Source: Schizochytrium sp. TIO01
Lineage: Eukaryota; Protista; Bigyra: Labyrinthulomycetes
DNA: 64,000 nt
Assembly: GCA_004764695.1 (NCBI GenBank)
Contig: SMSO01000025.1
Location: 992,001 to 1,056,000, forward strand
Direction of reading: 5' to 3'
How positions within the stretch are numbered: the first letter of the stretch is position 1; each line of letters begins with the position of its first letter. This document shows, in pieces, positions 47,091-60,269 of this stretch. Both the position numbers and the translations under genes were made by a program. Below the pieces are notes generated by a model. The model made no database searches, was not told where the DNA came from, and worked only from the letters and a program-made list of their open reading frames with translations.

Positions 47091-48574
47091 CTGGCTAGGA
47101 GGGAGTCCTGTGCCTGCCCTTTCTTTCTAGCAGACGCTAGGTACGGCTAGCAGCTCTCATCCAGCGCCTAGCATCGCCCAGTCTTAGGCCTTTCCGTAGG
47201 AGTCGCGCCTCAGTAGTTTCTTATGTGGGTCGATGACGTTGGCGATCACAAGGACAAGCCACCGCCCATGCTAGTCCAAAGATCTAGCTAGCTAGCTGTA
47301 TGGACACAATACAACAGTAGTTCAATTATTAGCTGGTAGGCAATTGCCTAGGGGAGTCAGTAAGCGAGCGCCTCTGTACCCGGTAGTGCCATGAAGTAGC
47401 AAAGTAGCATATGATCAGACTCACGGATGTCTCAACGTCTGGTTATTTATTGAAAGGTTAAAAAGATCATCGCGAAATGTCGAGCGAATTTTGGCGCTGC
47501 TCTATGCTCTTTTGCAGAAGCGACAAATGGCCACCCAATCAGGATAGGCGGTTCTGTATTGAGGCAAGCATGTTGCTGTTGGCTGGTCTCCATATGTTTA
47601 GGTTAGGCATCGATAGCTAGCTAGCTAGCTAGCTAGCTCATATTATGATCAACCTTCGGTGGAGTGTGGCCAACCGCAGTTTTTTCCCTCCCCTGCTTCT
47701 GGCTGTGAGTGCTTTTCCATAGATTTTTTTAAAAGCGTAGCAGTTGAAACCCTGATTCTAGCCGACTTATGTGATCCTTAGTAGCTCCGGTTGATTATGA
47801 ATTTTAAAAGAAAGGTTAAATTAAATGAAAACACTACAAACCAACAAAACAACAAAACAGCTAAAATAAAGAAGACCTTTTTTATCATTAAAAAAAGAGA
47901 GTAAAATAACTTTTAATAATAATATTTTAAACAACTTTAAATAATTTTTAGAAAAGAGATTATAAATATAGTATATTTACAAACCTTCTTTTCCACTCTT
48001 TTCACTTCTTTCTATTAGTTTAAAATAAAAGTAGTTTTTCACATAAAAGAATCGACTGGGAGAAGAAGAGAATGAATGATTTCACGAAGAGACACCATCT
48101 ACATTTATTTATCAAATGAAAAATGAACAATGAAAACTAAAAAATACATACATACCCTGTTTGGAACTTTTTCAAATAAACGAGAGAGAGAAAAGAAATA
48201 ACTAACAGTAGAATAGTTACCAACTGCAAATAAATAACAATTGCAAACATTTCGAACTATTCTGCTCAATCTCTGCCACCTGCAGGAAAACTCCTGGCTT
48301 CTGTCTCCGCTCTGCCACTGACCATCACACGATCTTCGCATCATATCATCCAAGCCTCTCCTCCATGCTTTGGTCGCCGATGCGCTGCAACAACCAAAGC
48401 TCTGCCTCGCTCCTATGCGTGCCTGCCTGTTAGTCGGCCTGGGTTCCGCTGACTTCCCAGGGTGCACCTTTCTTTGGCTGGCGACTACGGATCGATCATG
48501 CGTCAGTCGGCCGTTCTAAGTCAACCAATCGATCACTCGATCACTCGATGCAATCAATCACTCGATCACTCAAT

Positions 48575-48593
48575 GCAATCAATCAATCAATCG

Positions 48594-48624
<31 letters not shown>

Positions 48625-48625
48625 C
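48575..48625 (+). repeat. (TCAA)n microsatellite
   Basis: Direct tandem run. Confidence 0.9.
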
Positions 48626-49011
48626 ATGAGAGAGCTGCGACGAAGGAAAAGAACCGGAGTTCCGTCGCCTTCGCCACCACGAGCGCCAGTGATTTCCTCA
48701 TACCGCCAAGGGTCCGCGGCAGAAAGTCGATCTGTGAGGTGCAGAAGGGAGGACGAGCCGCGCTTTGATGGCAGGGCAGTCAGGCGGTCGGACTCTTTGG
48801 CAGACAGCAGAGAGACAGAGGGATTGAGCCAAGGTAACGAAGGACGCTGCAGAGGATGAAAGCAAACGCAGCCGACTGAGAAAAACAAAAACAGACGAAC
48901 TGCATTACCTCTGAGAGAGAGAGAGAAAAAGAGAGAAAAGAGCTCAAAGCAGGAGTTGGAGGTACCTACTCTGTCACCAAGGAATGAAAGAGACTCACGC
49001 TCGAAAGGATA

Positions 49012-49121
49012 GGGAGAAAGAAGAAAGTAAGAAAGAAAAAGAAAGAAAAAGAAAGAAAAAAAGAAAGAAAAAAAGAAAGAAAGAATGAAAGAAAGGAAGG
49101 AAGGAAGGAAAGAAAGAATGA

Positions 49122-49157
<36 letters not shown>

Positions 49158-49168
49158 AAAAGGAAGAA
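49012..49168 (+). repeat. (AAAG)n/(AAGG)n polypurine microsatellite
   Basis: Direct tandem run. Confidence 0.9.
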
Positions 49169-49213
49169 CCTCCGTGGCTCCGTGAATCCACCAGCCTGGA
49201 TCTGTCCCGCTTC

Positions 49214-49800
49214 TTACAGCTTGACCAGATAGCCATGGTGTAGAGTAAGAGGTAGGAAACTCATGCTGAGCGGTAGCTTCTGAAGTGCTGACAGAAGCTC
49301 CGTAGCACAAACAGTAGAACGAGCAATGTTAGTATATATGATATGATGGACATGCATAGCATAGATTCTATCCGTCGCGAACCTAAATAGAATTCTTTTC
49401 ACCTTTTGTTCTTGGGGGGAGAAGAAATAACGACAATCTGACTCGAGAAAGTTCAAGAAAGTACTTCTGTACATGAATTGCCTTCAAAGCACCTGGAGAG
49501 CAATCAATGAGTATAACATCAAAACGATTCAAAGACGATAGCATGTTGCGGTTGAGGAACTTTAAGCCGTTTACATAGGCTGGAAATGAGAAGAATGTAT
49601 GACGCCGCTTGAAGTTCACTACCTCTACTAAGCAATTTAAACCTTAATAGAACAGGCTGAGCTTGGTATGTTTTCTCTTTTAGTCAGTTGTGCTGCGCAA
49701 GAACCCGAAAGCATTAGATACATATCTATAAGTCAATATTGAACAACGCTTTGCTGGGCAGAATTGTAAGGCTATTTATACAGATTTAGGCAGCATCAAC
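49214..49800 (-). pseudogene. Decayed LRR gene relic (typical-type)
   Basis: INSLTILPSKALFNIDL*, SPGA/FEGNSCTEVLS (across a 1-nt shift) and LSALQKLPLSMSFL. Confidence 0.4.
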
Positions 49801-51149
49801 GAACAAAATGTAAGAAGCTACAAATTGAACCTCTCACCAAGCCAATCGAATCATTCAGTCTCTTGTTCAAGTACAAAGTTCCTCTTCTCGTGCAGTTACC
49901 GCAACCATGGACTGACTCATTGTTATGCTCACTGTGTTCTTCGAAAATTCTAGAAAACGGAATTCAACTGGTTGACTGCGCCTCAATCATCAAGCGATTA
50001 AACAACATAGAATTGTAAAAAGTACGCAACAGAAGAATCTCTACATATTTTTTTTTACAGGGCGATTAACCGTATGCCCATCTACTATGATAATCAAGGC
50101 TTTCATTTTAACAGGAATATCAGGATCACTATTTTTCAAACTTTCGTTGGCATTTTCAATTATTGTTCGCTGGTCGATCCAAAAATAATTTCCTGCGAAC
50201 CGAATTATCGTGATTGAACACTGCATTTATGCTGTGTACCTGTGGATTATTCCTCTTAATCCTCTACACTCATTGACGAAGAACCAGCTAGTTCATCGAT
50301 GTTGTACTTCCCTCTGCAGCATCATTCTGATAACTTGTGCCTCTGAACAATCGGGGAGATCCGATGACATTGACAACAACATCTTGTGGTCATTCCAGTA
50401 TGCCTCTGCTTGCTCTCTTTGCCTCTGCAATTGAGCGAAGGTGGAAAGCATACGGACTTAATGACAAAGGAAAGGCACAAGTTTCTGTGATCATTTGCAT
50501 CTGACATAGGATCTAATAGTTTATAATTACATATCTATGAGCTCTTTTGAGCTGACTGACTCTTTCGTAGCGATTAATTATTTTGTTTTATCAAACCACT
50601 TACAGAAACCATATTCCTAACATTTGACGATCTTCGTTTTACTAAGTGGGTACTTTGTCTCAAGTTGGCTCAAATTTCCAACATAAGTTACTCTCATGTT
50701 ATTGTAGAATTTTCTTATTGTTAGTAGCGGTAGGCATTACCTAGTTAGCTCCCTAACTACCTACCTAATGAATGTACTTCTGATGGAAGGAGCACTATAG
50801 CTGAGATTTTACAAGTGCGGAGGAAGTCTGGATTAGTAAGCTTTTTATAGACATGAGTCCAAAATGACAGGGATGGTGGAAGTACGTTATGGCCTCAGGT
50901 TAGTGCAGTTCGAAAAGACGATGTTGAACTACAGTGAGGACTACCATCTAATGCTTTCAAAGGGTGACTTCTCTTCGTCCTTACTCCTTCCTTCTTCTTC
51001 AGAAGCTTGTAAAAATGGACAACTAGTCTTCGTCATTTTCGGTTGGCCACTCCCCGGTGCTGCTACGTACCTACCCAATATCGCTTGCTGTCTTCTTGCT
51101 CTCTAGACTCCCTTCTTCTGGATAAACAATACATGTTCAGACCTATTTC

Positions 51150-51442
51150 TTATCTTATTCTCTTTTGCGGACGCACGATAAATGAACGTACTAGCTCTCG
51201 ATAGTTCAGAGGAAACGAAACTACAACCTCGAGAATAGTTCTTCTAATGTCATTGCACTTCGAAGATCGAGTCTGCTCTGTTGAGCAACGCCTCTGCTCC
51301 GTACGTTCGGCATTCCTTGTTGGCTTTCCCATGTAGCAACAATAGTCTCCACGAGTGCGCTAGAAAGCTGGAAACGTGGTAGTCCTTTTGCGAATGCGGA
51401 AGAACATGCGGCACGCCAACTTGTGAGAGACATCATGATCAC
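51150..51442 (-). pseudogene. Possible RI-like LRR fragment
   Basis: AFAKGLPR, NVRSRGVAQ and DLRSAMTLEELF. Confidence 0.25.
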
Positions 51443-51703
51443 GAAAGCGCTTCGAAGTTAGTTTTGCTTGCTTCATTTGCTTGTACTCTTATCTTTCAAC
51501 AAGTTTCTCAGTTCGCTGGTAGAGACGGATTCATGTGGCTGCTCTCTGCCTTTCTGCACTCGCTTGAATGTGAATAGTCATGACGTTATCGAGAGGTAGG
51601 TGCTCTTCATACTGCGTAGTCTCCCTTTCTCTTCTATGCAAGCAAACTCTATACAATGTAAGTGCCTATTCTATTCGCACTATACTATTCATAGGCAATG
51701 TGT

Positions 51704-51740
51704 TAAAATCTTTTAGCTTGGGTAAAAGTCCAGTCTAACA
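51704..51740 (+). repeat. Dispersed hairpin repeat, copy 4
   Basis: 24/24 identity with 2863-2886; right arm decayed. Confidence 0.6.
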
Positions 51741-52056
51741 AGAGCCAAGTGTATATGTCGCATCGCCCAGTTCGATTCTGCCATGTTTTCCAGTAAACTT
51801 TGAGGGTGTTCTGGAATTAGGCAGGTAAGTTGTAACAAGTGTCAAGGAATTTGGCAGGACCTCTTCATGATAAAACACCAAGTTTTGACAAATTTCCTTG
51901 TTCATGGGTGAGTGCATTTTATCACGAACGTGTCTTCGAAAGTCTAGCAAATAGGGACTTCGGAGGAAGTATGGCTACATGATGGTCAAAACCCAAGGAT
52001 GCAAAAGCTCCAAAGGAGGCACGATCATTCAATGAGATTGCAGCTATACCAGTGAT

Positions 52057-52059
<3 letters not shown>

Positions 52060-52089
<30 letters not shown>
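52060..52089 (+). repeat. (TA)n microsatellite
   Basis: Direct tandem run. Confidence 0.95.
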
Positions 52090-52093
<4 letters not shown>

Positions 52094-52139
52094 GTGCTTA
52101 CAGGTCAAACCTAAGTGGAATGGGGAAAATGTCATATAG

Positions 52140-52504
52140 CATAACATCTCTTCTCCACCATTTTGCTTGTTTTCCACGAAGGCGTTTACAATTCTTTGGC
52201 AATCCTACAGAGGCAATAGAGGATATACTCTTTGTCGTATTGTGGTTTCAACATAAAGCACTCATAGACTCGGTGCGCACCGGTGTGTTGTTCAATCAAG
52301 CCGTGACGACAGTCTATAAGAGAGCCTGTTAGTAGTTGTAAGTGGGGCCACCAGCGAGCGAGGGATTAATTGAGCAAGGTTGTCGAAAAGATCAGCAAAT
52401 AATTGGAGGCGAGCAGAAACTTGCTGTCTAAATAAGTTGTCGAGCAGAAGAAGGATGTTTTCTTGAGTTTTGGAGGCCCATCTTTCATTCTTTAACTGGT
52501 CCAC
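52140..52504 (-). pseudogene. Possible LRR fragment (typical-type)
   Basis: LFADLFDNLAQL...NRL and SISSIASVGLP. Strand is uncertain because the + strand also gives LQFFGNPTEAIEDILF. Confidence 0.25.
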
Positions 52505-54809
52505 AAAGTAATGGAAATATATTATACGTACTATACAGAAAGAGAGGTTTTCTGATCTCGCGCTTTTTAGTTCTCATCACGTTTGATTGATTTGAAATCG
52601 TAAACAAGTAGTCTCCCTAGTGCTTCCGTCAGAGGTGTATTTTTGCTATCCACTAGCTTCCTGCTCTCGGCAATTGCTTCCTATTCTAAACCTAAAGAGC
52701 TTGTGAAAGAGATAATTGGTAGCTTTGCAGATGTTACGTAGCAATACAAGCCTCTTTACCTGTTCGCTATTGAGTGTTATGTCCCAGTCGTTTAAACTTT
52801 ATTGTTTTCTTTAATCTTTTAAATCTTTTATTTTATTTTATCTTATTTCTATGTTTTAAAAGAGAGACTACTCAGTCTCCTTTCGGAATGAAAAGTTGCA
52901 CAGCTGTTTCTGTTTGTTTTTTTATTTTCTTGTTTCAATTAGACAAACACTCATTATCAGAGAACTACCCCCTACCTACTCCTATGGAAAGAAGAGGCAT
53001 ACCTGTCCAAGCAAGGTGCATACGTCATCGCCCGCAACGAATCGTCACGCTATCACGAAATAGAGAATCCGACGACTCAGTCAGTCACCCCTCTGCTGAT
53101 TCACAAAAAGCCCTCCCTCCCGAGATGGTTTTTCATCGCTTCGTACCTCCAGCCGGCAAGAGCTCATGGCTCTGATATGGAGGCGGCGATAAATGCGCAG
53201 CTGCTGCTGACGAGATGAAGCAAATGATTTAATCACCTCTTTCCATAATGGTTGGTAGTAGCAACCACTCAATAGTCGCGCAACTTGGCATTTGTGATAA
53301 GGCGCATGTACCTACCTATACTGACTTACTAACTAACTAAACAACTAACTAACCAACTGACTAACGAATTAAGTAACTAACGAGCTCTGCTAGCTAGCTA
53401 GCTAGCTAGCTACCAATGCCTATCTAACAGTTACTCATGAATGAATGGAAACAAATTGAGGCAGCTGCTACTACCTACTAGGTCCTTTGTCTTTTGATTG
53501 GTCTTTTCACCTGCAATACACCTATGTATTTACTTACTTTTTCAGTTCGCTTTATTGTTTAATTTTGACAGGCTGACTACTACTCATTCATTCGAACATT
53601 CAAGTCCACGCATGCAAGCATCTAAGCATGCAAGCATCTAAGCTTCTAAGCACGCAAGCACGCAAGCACGCAAGCTGGCTGGTTCTCCGCTCATCCCTTG
53701 AGCCATTCGTCCATTTCACCACTCGATCATTCAATCATCAACTCCGTGAAAATGAACATGTCTCGAAAGATTGATTTCATGATTGATTCTCCATCGATGG
53801 ATCGATCAATCAACTACTAACCTGATGTACTGCTGCTACTACCACTCCTGCTTGCTCTCCCTCCACGCAGTGGACTGACTGAGTAAGTAAGTGAGTGAGT
53901 GAGTAAGTAAGTGAGTGGATGCCTTTGAAAGCTCGAATCCTCTCAGCACCACCACGTTGTTAGTCACCTGCTAGTTCCAGCCCTCCTTATTACCTACCAT
54001 CTACCTATCTACTATCTACCTATAGATCCACACCCCGAGGGAGAGAGAGGTGTTTCAGAGGCGTCGCACGAGTGCAATGGCAGAAACAGAGTGGAGAAAT
54101 GAGAACAGTCCACGCAAGCGCAGTGAGACCGCTACGAACCCTGCCGAGTCAGGCGGAGCACAGTCTCGCGCCGGGAGACCTCGGCCTTCCTCCGAGACCT
54201 GCCGATCCTCGAGCTGGGGAACGAATCAGCCTCCAAGAATGAACGAAGCTCGCGAGCGACCGTCCGTCCAGCTGGCCTCCACTAAGCCAGGCGTACGTTT
54301 ATAAATAGAAAGCTGGCTAGATAGATATAGCTAGTAGCTAGCTAGCTAGCTAATGTAGATGTCGCTTCTTTCAGTTCTTCTACACGAGAAGGAGAGAAGA
54401 GAGAGAAGGAGCTCCTTTTTAAATTGATGAAAACAGGAATATCTCTGCGACCAAACCCTCTTCTGCTCTGCTTTATTGCCTGTCTATCCGCCCGCCCTCT
54501 TGCTCTTGTTGGGTGATCGGGGGACCTGGGTTTCTGTACTTTGGATTCTATAGCTGGTAGCGTTTAACATGGGTGCAGAGCTATCGTGTAAGAATCGAGG
54601 TCGCTCAGTGGATGTTTGGTTTTCTTCATTGAAAAGAATACATTATCGCATATAAAGGTGGAATTCAAAGTGAGACGGAATACGGGAAGGTGTCTTTCAA
54701 GTCATTTATATGTATTTAAAAAAAGAATGTCTCCAGAGTTTTTGTTTTATTATTATTATTTTATATTTTACAATAGAGAAAGATTGAGAATATAGAATGA
54801 CCTTCAGCT

Positions 54810-55107
54810 AACAAACAAATACATACAAACAATCAGATAAACAATCAGATAAACAAACAATCAGATAAACAAACAATCAGATAAACAAACAAACAAACAA
54901 ACAAACAAACAAACAAACAAACAAACAAACAAACAAACAAACAAACAAACAAACAAACAAACAAACAAACAAACAAACAAACAAACAAACAAACAAACAA
55001 ACAAACAAACAAACAAACAAACAAACAAACAAACAAACAAACAAACAAACAAACAAACAAACAAACAAACAAACAAACAAACAAACAAACAAACAAACAA
55101 ACAAACA
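54810..55107 (+). repeat. Long (AAAC)n microsatellite preceded by AATCAGATAAAC variant units
   Basis: About 225 bp of perfect AAAC from ~54882, with four AATCAGATAAAC units upstream. Confidence 0.97.
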
Positions 55108-56404
55108 GGCAAGAAGATCAGGCCCCTCCTTGAGACATCCCTGGTGAGCAGAACAGCCTCAGCATAAGTTTCATCGTCCTCCTTCCCCCGTCTAGAAGCA
55201 AAGAACGCTTTCTATCTTGAATGCCATAATGGTTTGCTTTTATATTAAAAGGTCTCTGGCTTACTAGGTACATCTCTCAAAATTACCCTTTGTCATTTCA
55301 TTTAGAAGGAAGCTTATCATTAGTCTAAGGCTTCATTTCATTAGAGCGGTGTCGCAGCTTGCTTCTACAGGCTTAATCAAATTCAAGCTCAGGCCTCCAC
55401 TCCAATCCATGACCACGGCACGAAGATGAAAGCTCCTGATATCAGCGTCTCGATCTCGTGCTTTAGAGCGGTGGGTTCGATCAGCTGTGTCCACCTCCTC
55501 GAACAAGTTGTGCAAACACTCCTCAGCGTCGGCTGGGGAAGTCTTTGAATTGGCGACAACCCTTTCGCCAGCAGGAGGAGGAGTGCACTTCATTCTCCCT
55601 CTAGTCTATTAAATGAATATGTGTGTTTTCAAGTGAATGTATTGATTTTTAAAATTTTAATGAAAACTAAAAGAGTTAAAAATAGTATTGCGCAAATAGT
55701 TTCTTTTCTTTTCTTTTCTGAAGAAGACGAAGGACAATGTTTTACCTCTTAGATGAGAGGTAAAAGTGAAACCTTTTATTAGAGCTTTGAATTTTGGCTT
55801 ATTGCGTGCAGACGTATGTATATAAAGGAACTCAGCGTGTTTATGATTATTTTTTTACTCTTCTGCTGGGGCTGGATTAGACAGATTCTTAGATCTTACA
55901 CACCGTATTCGGTCGAGCCAGGCAGCGTCAATAATTCGCGCAATTTGTTATCCAAGTATGTAAGAGATTTTCGTAGCTTTTTGATAAGATCATTCTTTTC
56001 TCTTGTTTCACAAAAAGATTGTGCGAAGGGACCTTTTATTTCGTAATTCCTAAACCGCAAGCTCTGGAGCAATTCTATATTTTATATTTTATACTACCTC
56101 ATCCAACTTAAATGTTACTTGAGTGTTGAAAGAATCAATATATTTACTTTTTACTATTACTCTGGGTGAAAATTTCCAAAGAATTATTTCAATTCGAACA
56201 AGGAGATGGAGCTCGAATAAAGAGAGAAACATGAATGAATAAATTAAATAAAGGGATGGCTGGACATGAGCCTGACAACTTCATTTCTTTCGCACGGCCA
56301 GATTGAGTGAAATTGGGGCCGCGGCTCCGTGTGTCGAGCAAAGGTCTTCGCGGAGCCACGTCGTCTGGAACGTCCCGACACCAATAGTCGGCAGGCAGAG
56401 AAAC

Positions 56405-56545
56405 AAACACCTCTCTCTTTCTCCCTCTCGCTCTCTCTCTCACGCACTCACTCGTTCACACACTCATTCACTCACTCACTCACTCTCTCACCCACTCACT
56501 TACCCTCCCTCTCAACCACTCACTCACTCACTCACACGCTCCCTC
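56405..56545 (+). repeat. (CT)n/(CACT)n microsatellite
   Basis: Direct tandem runs. Confidence 0.85.
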
Positions 56546-58149
56546 GCTCAATTTTGTCTCGAGAAAAAAGCCTTTTGGATTTATCCTTGCAAAAAACTTA
56601 TTTATTTTAAATGTATTCAAGGTTCTCAATATCTCGAAATATTTTAACTTCTAAATAAGAAAGTTAGTTATAAGTTATCTGTTTTGATAGTTTATATTTT
56701 CATTGAAAGTCTTTCCTTTCTCCACCTTTTCTTTTTACTAGACATCTCTAACCCGTACACTAAAAATTAATTCTATAACTTTGAAGTATTTTTTTTTCTT
56801 CTTGCTCTCTCGTTAGTATTTATTCTCAAAGAGCTTTTACAGCGAAAGAAAAAAAGAAACTCGGAAACTCAGGCTTTTAAAAGATGGTATTCGAAGCAAA
56901 GAATTTTATTGGCGGCAACGAAGTTTCTGGAAGCTCGGATAAAAGGAAGAAAAGCTAAAGTGCGCTTCCTTCCGACGAAGGTTCGGTGCTCCTTCGTGTG
57001 ATACCCAACCAATTCAAAGCATAGACTAAAGCATAGACAGAGACTATACATCTCACAATAGCACCCATATAAGACTCTGAATAAGAGTGCGGAGGAGGTT
57101 TCGCACAACCACCAGACAGACAGATAGGCAAACAGGTAGATAGAGAGGTAGAGTGAGAGAGATAGGTGAAACTATTATTGGGAATCGATCACTTATCACC
57201 ATAGAAGGTCATTAGGTAACAGAAGATGGGCTCACTGAGGATGGATTTGACTCACAAGCTTAAGGACTTACATGCATGCATGAAAGTTCACGACAAAGGT
57301 ATGAGAAAAATATGAAACACTTCGTCTTACGAAGCACCTACGTTCCTAATTTGCCTACCCCGCTACCAACACCAATGCTATCGAGGAACGGGGCTATCTT
57401 GCTGAGCAACAATCAAATGTAGCTGCATCTGTTATCTGGCGCACTTGGATTAACCACTCATCCATTCTAGCCTTGGCCAATTCGACCTTTGCAGGCTACC
57501 TAACTAACTTACCTACCTACTATTGGCCTGAGTACATATTATGATCATTGTAAATCAAGGCCGTCCACTAATTCTTTAGCCTTATTCAAAGTAAGTGAGA
57601 CAACGCCCTGAATTTATGGAGGTTGAGGATTTTGACATTTCCGGAAGTGGGCTAAACCGGAGAGATCTTCAGGATCATTCATTGAGCGACTTCTGAAAAA
57701 CTAGCTTCAATTCCGTATAGGATCTGTCTTCATAAGTACCTGTAAAGTTCTCTTTTCCTGTGGCCTTCCATCCCCTGCCACACTAGTTTCCTTACGTCCC
57801 AGTCACTTTCAATAGAACTAAAAGTGATTTCATAACTGTCGGTGACAAGCGAGTAACCTTTACATGCGGCTGATCAGAAGATATCCCAGCGTATTCCTGG
57901 CAATGTAGCAGCGTGGCAAGAACACGCTGGCTATCCAGATACTAGACAGTACAGGCTTCGAGGTTAGAGGATTGTCAATTTTATTAGAATTGTGGATTTT
58001 CCTTCCTCTTCTTTGGTTGAAGGATTGAACAGAATATAAGTTGTATCTTGAATGACTTCCTAGAAAGGGCTTCCCGAAGTGTCTCCAACGTGTCCCAGGT
58101 AATATCTCTGTTTTTGTAACTGTCTCTCTATTTTGCATTCTGTGTGCTG

Positions 58150-59200
58150 ATAGGGGTGGGTTTACATAAATTGACGATCAGGAAACTAGTCTTTACTATT
58201 TAGCCCTTACGTGTCCCCTGTTGGCCTGAGGTTAGCAATGCAATCTGTTCTTATATTTCCGATACAATCATTTTGAGATATCAGCTGACCATTGTGCTCC
58301 GCACTATTTACTGCAATACTCATCCGAGCATCTTCGCTACTATTGCAACGATTCAGAGCAGACCAATAAATAACTAAACCGCCTTCGTGTATATAAAAAC
58401 TTGTAACATAAATACTTTCTTATCTCAGCTTCGTCTGACTAATAAGGTAATCAATCGTCTTGTATCTACATCTGTATCTCCGAATTCAACATCGCAAAAG
58501 TGAAGTATCTCCCTAAATAACCTCTACCACAACCTCCTGTGGCGCGCTACTTTATAGCTTTGGTTGATCAAAGAGTATATTCAACCGTCCTAAGTACCAC
58601 CATTGGCTTTCCTAACGTATGATCTTGATCTACAACTGAGACTTACCTAACCATTTCGATTTATCAAACTGGAATGCCCAGGAATGCCCCCGCGGATAGC
58701 TCCGTGTGCCTTACCTTACTCTTCAAGCTGAAAGCCTACTTACTATTTCTTCAATTACGTTCTTACAGAAATGTAGAAACCGGAAAAGTACCCAATGGTC
58801 GATAAACTAGGGAACTCAGAATGACATGGACACAGTATGCAATATTGGATTGGCCTTTCCATCAACCAGCTTATATTAAACAATATAGTACCTTGTAGCT
58901 TATCTGGCCGAGCAACTGGATGATAATTTTTTTTAATATTTTTGTGGAGATCCAATTTTAATTTTCACGCTACTGCTCCTATAGCTATCCTGCATTAAGT
59001 TCCGCCATGTGGATAAGATCATTCAATCGTGAAGACCTTCCTTGCACACCTACAAAAGAACAGGAAAACGAATTACCGAAGATCGTAAAGAAGTCCTCAA
59101 ACTATAATAATAGAAGTACCTGCGGGTTTGAAAACGGCGTGCTTTGATGGCTGCTGTACTTCTAAAATTCTGATTTTCATAAGATTCAAATTCGAGAAGA
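58150..59200 (+). pseudogene. Possible decayed LRR relic
   Basis: GLHKLTIRKL, IAKVKYLPK, IAPCAL and FENG/CFDGC in broken frames. Confidence 0.25.
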
Positions 59201-60269
59201 AAATTAATTTAATATGGTAATTGTTCTTTATGTAGTGCAGCTCAAGAATTTGTCCTGGAAGCTGTTTCGCTCAAAGCACTGCTACTAATAGCCCTATAAG
59301 AAACGACGTACCTCGATGAAGTGCCGGGCACAAATTAATGGTGGCTGCAACTTAGTTCTCAAATCGTACAGATAAGCTGCGAAGAGCGTAGCCTTTAAGC
59401 TCTTATCTCAATAAGGTTGATACTTGCCTATACATAACATAATAAGAAGCCGAAAACGAGCTGCGAAAAGCGCTCAGAACACAAAGATTTTGTTTTTAAC
59501 TAGCTGATAGTTCGAATTACCATGCTTGTCCACTTCTTTTCAGGCATATATATACACACACTCTAGACTTAGTTGGAGGTACTTACCTACCTCATAAGTA
59601 CTACTGCTCCTTGACTAAAGTTGGAAATGGTCAATGAATCCTTAACCTTTTAGAGAGTCACGTCAAGTGGGATAATCGCCCACCAACACTGCGTGTGATG
59701 ATCTAATACAATTAGATACTTCTTTTATCGAGCCTGTTAGTAGCGTTCGAAGTATTGTAGAACGAAAAGGTTATCATTGAGATAGTTTATGGCTTTCAAT
59801 GAATTTTAGGGCTTTGCATATGGCACAGAGAGCGACGAGATCTCCTCTGCAAGTTTGTTGCCATATGAACTCCAAGCAGACTTCTTCCTTGATCTCATGT
59901 TTGCAAGACTCCCTTTCCATAGTATGGAGGATTTGTCCTAGTCCTTTCCTTTCCTTTCATTTTATTTTATTTTCATTCTTTAAAACCTAATCATTAGGTG
60001 ATCTTGCGTGGAAAGGAAGAAACCAGGTGGGTACCCACTAAAACTATTCCATGCAGACGATGTAGCTCAGCTTGACCTACTTTTCTCACATCACTATGGA
60101 TGTTGAACTACTAGTTTAGGAGAAACCTAAAAAATCAGATACTTGACTTGCTAGGTTGAGCTGATTATTGTTGTTGCCATCTAAAAAGTGATACCATAAA
60201 TGGTATATGCAAGTTGGAAAATAGCCTTCGCACTCATGTCACTTATAACCCAGAGGCATTTATTTCAAC

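Noticed and set aside
49383-49619. ParA/Soj-like motif FDVILIDCSPG
   Set aside because: No deviant Walker A (KGGxGKT) found nearby. A 1-nt shift gives SPGAFEGNS, which fits the LRR-like neighbours better.
54845-55112. (FVCL)n ORFs or CRISPR-like periodicity
   Set aside because: Pure (AAAC)n microsatellite; no unique spacers.
58635-58680. FDLSNWNA resembling a DUF285/BspA repeat
   Set aside because: Single isolated match with no repeat periodicity.
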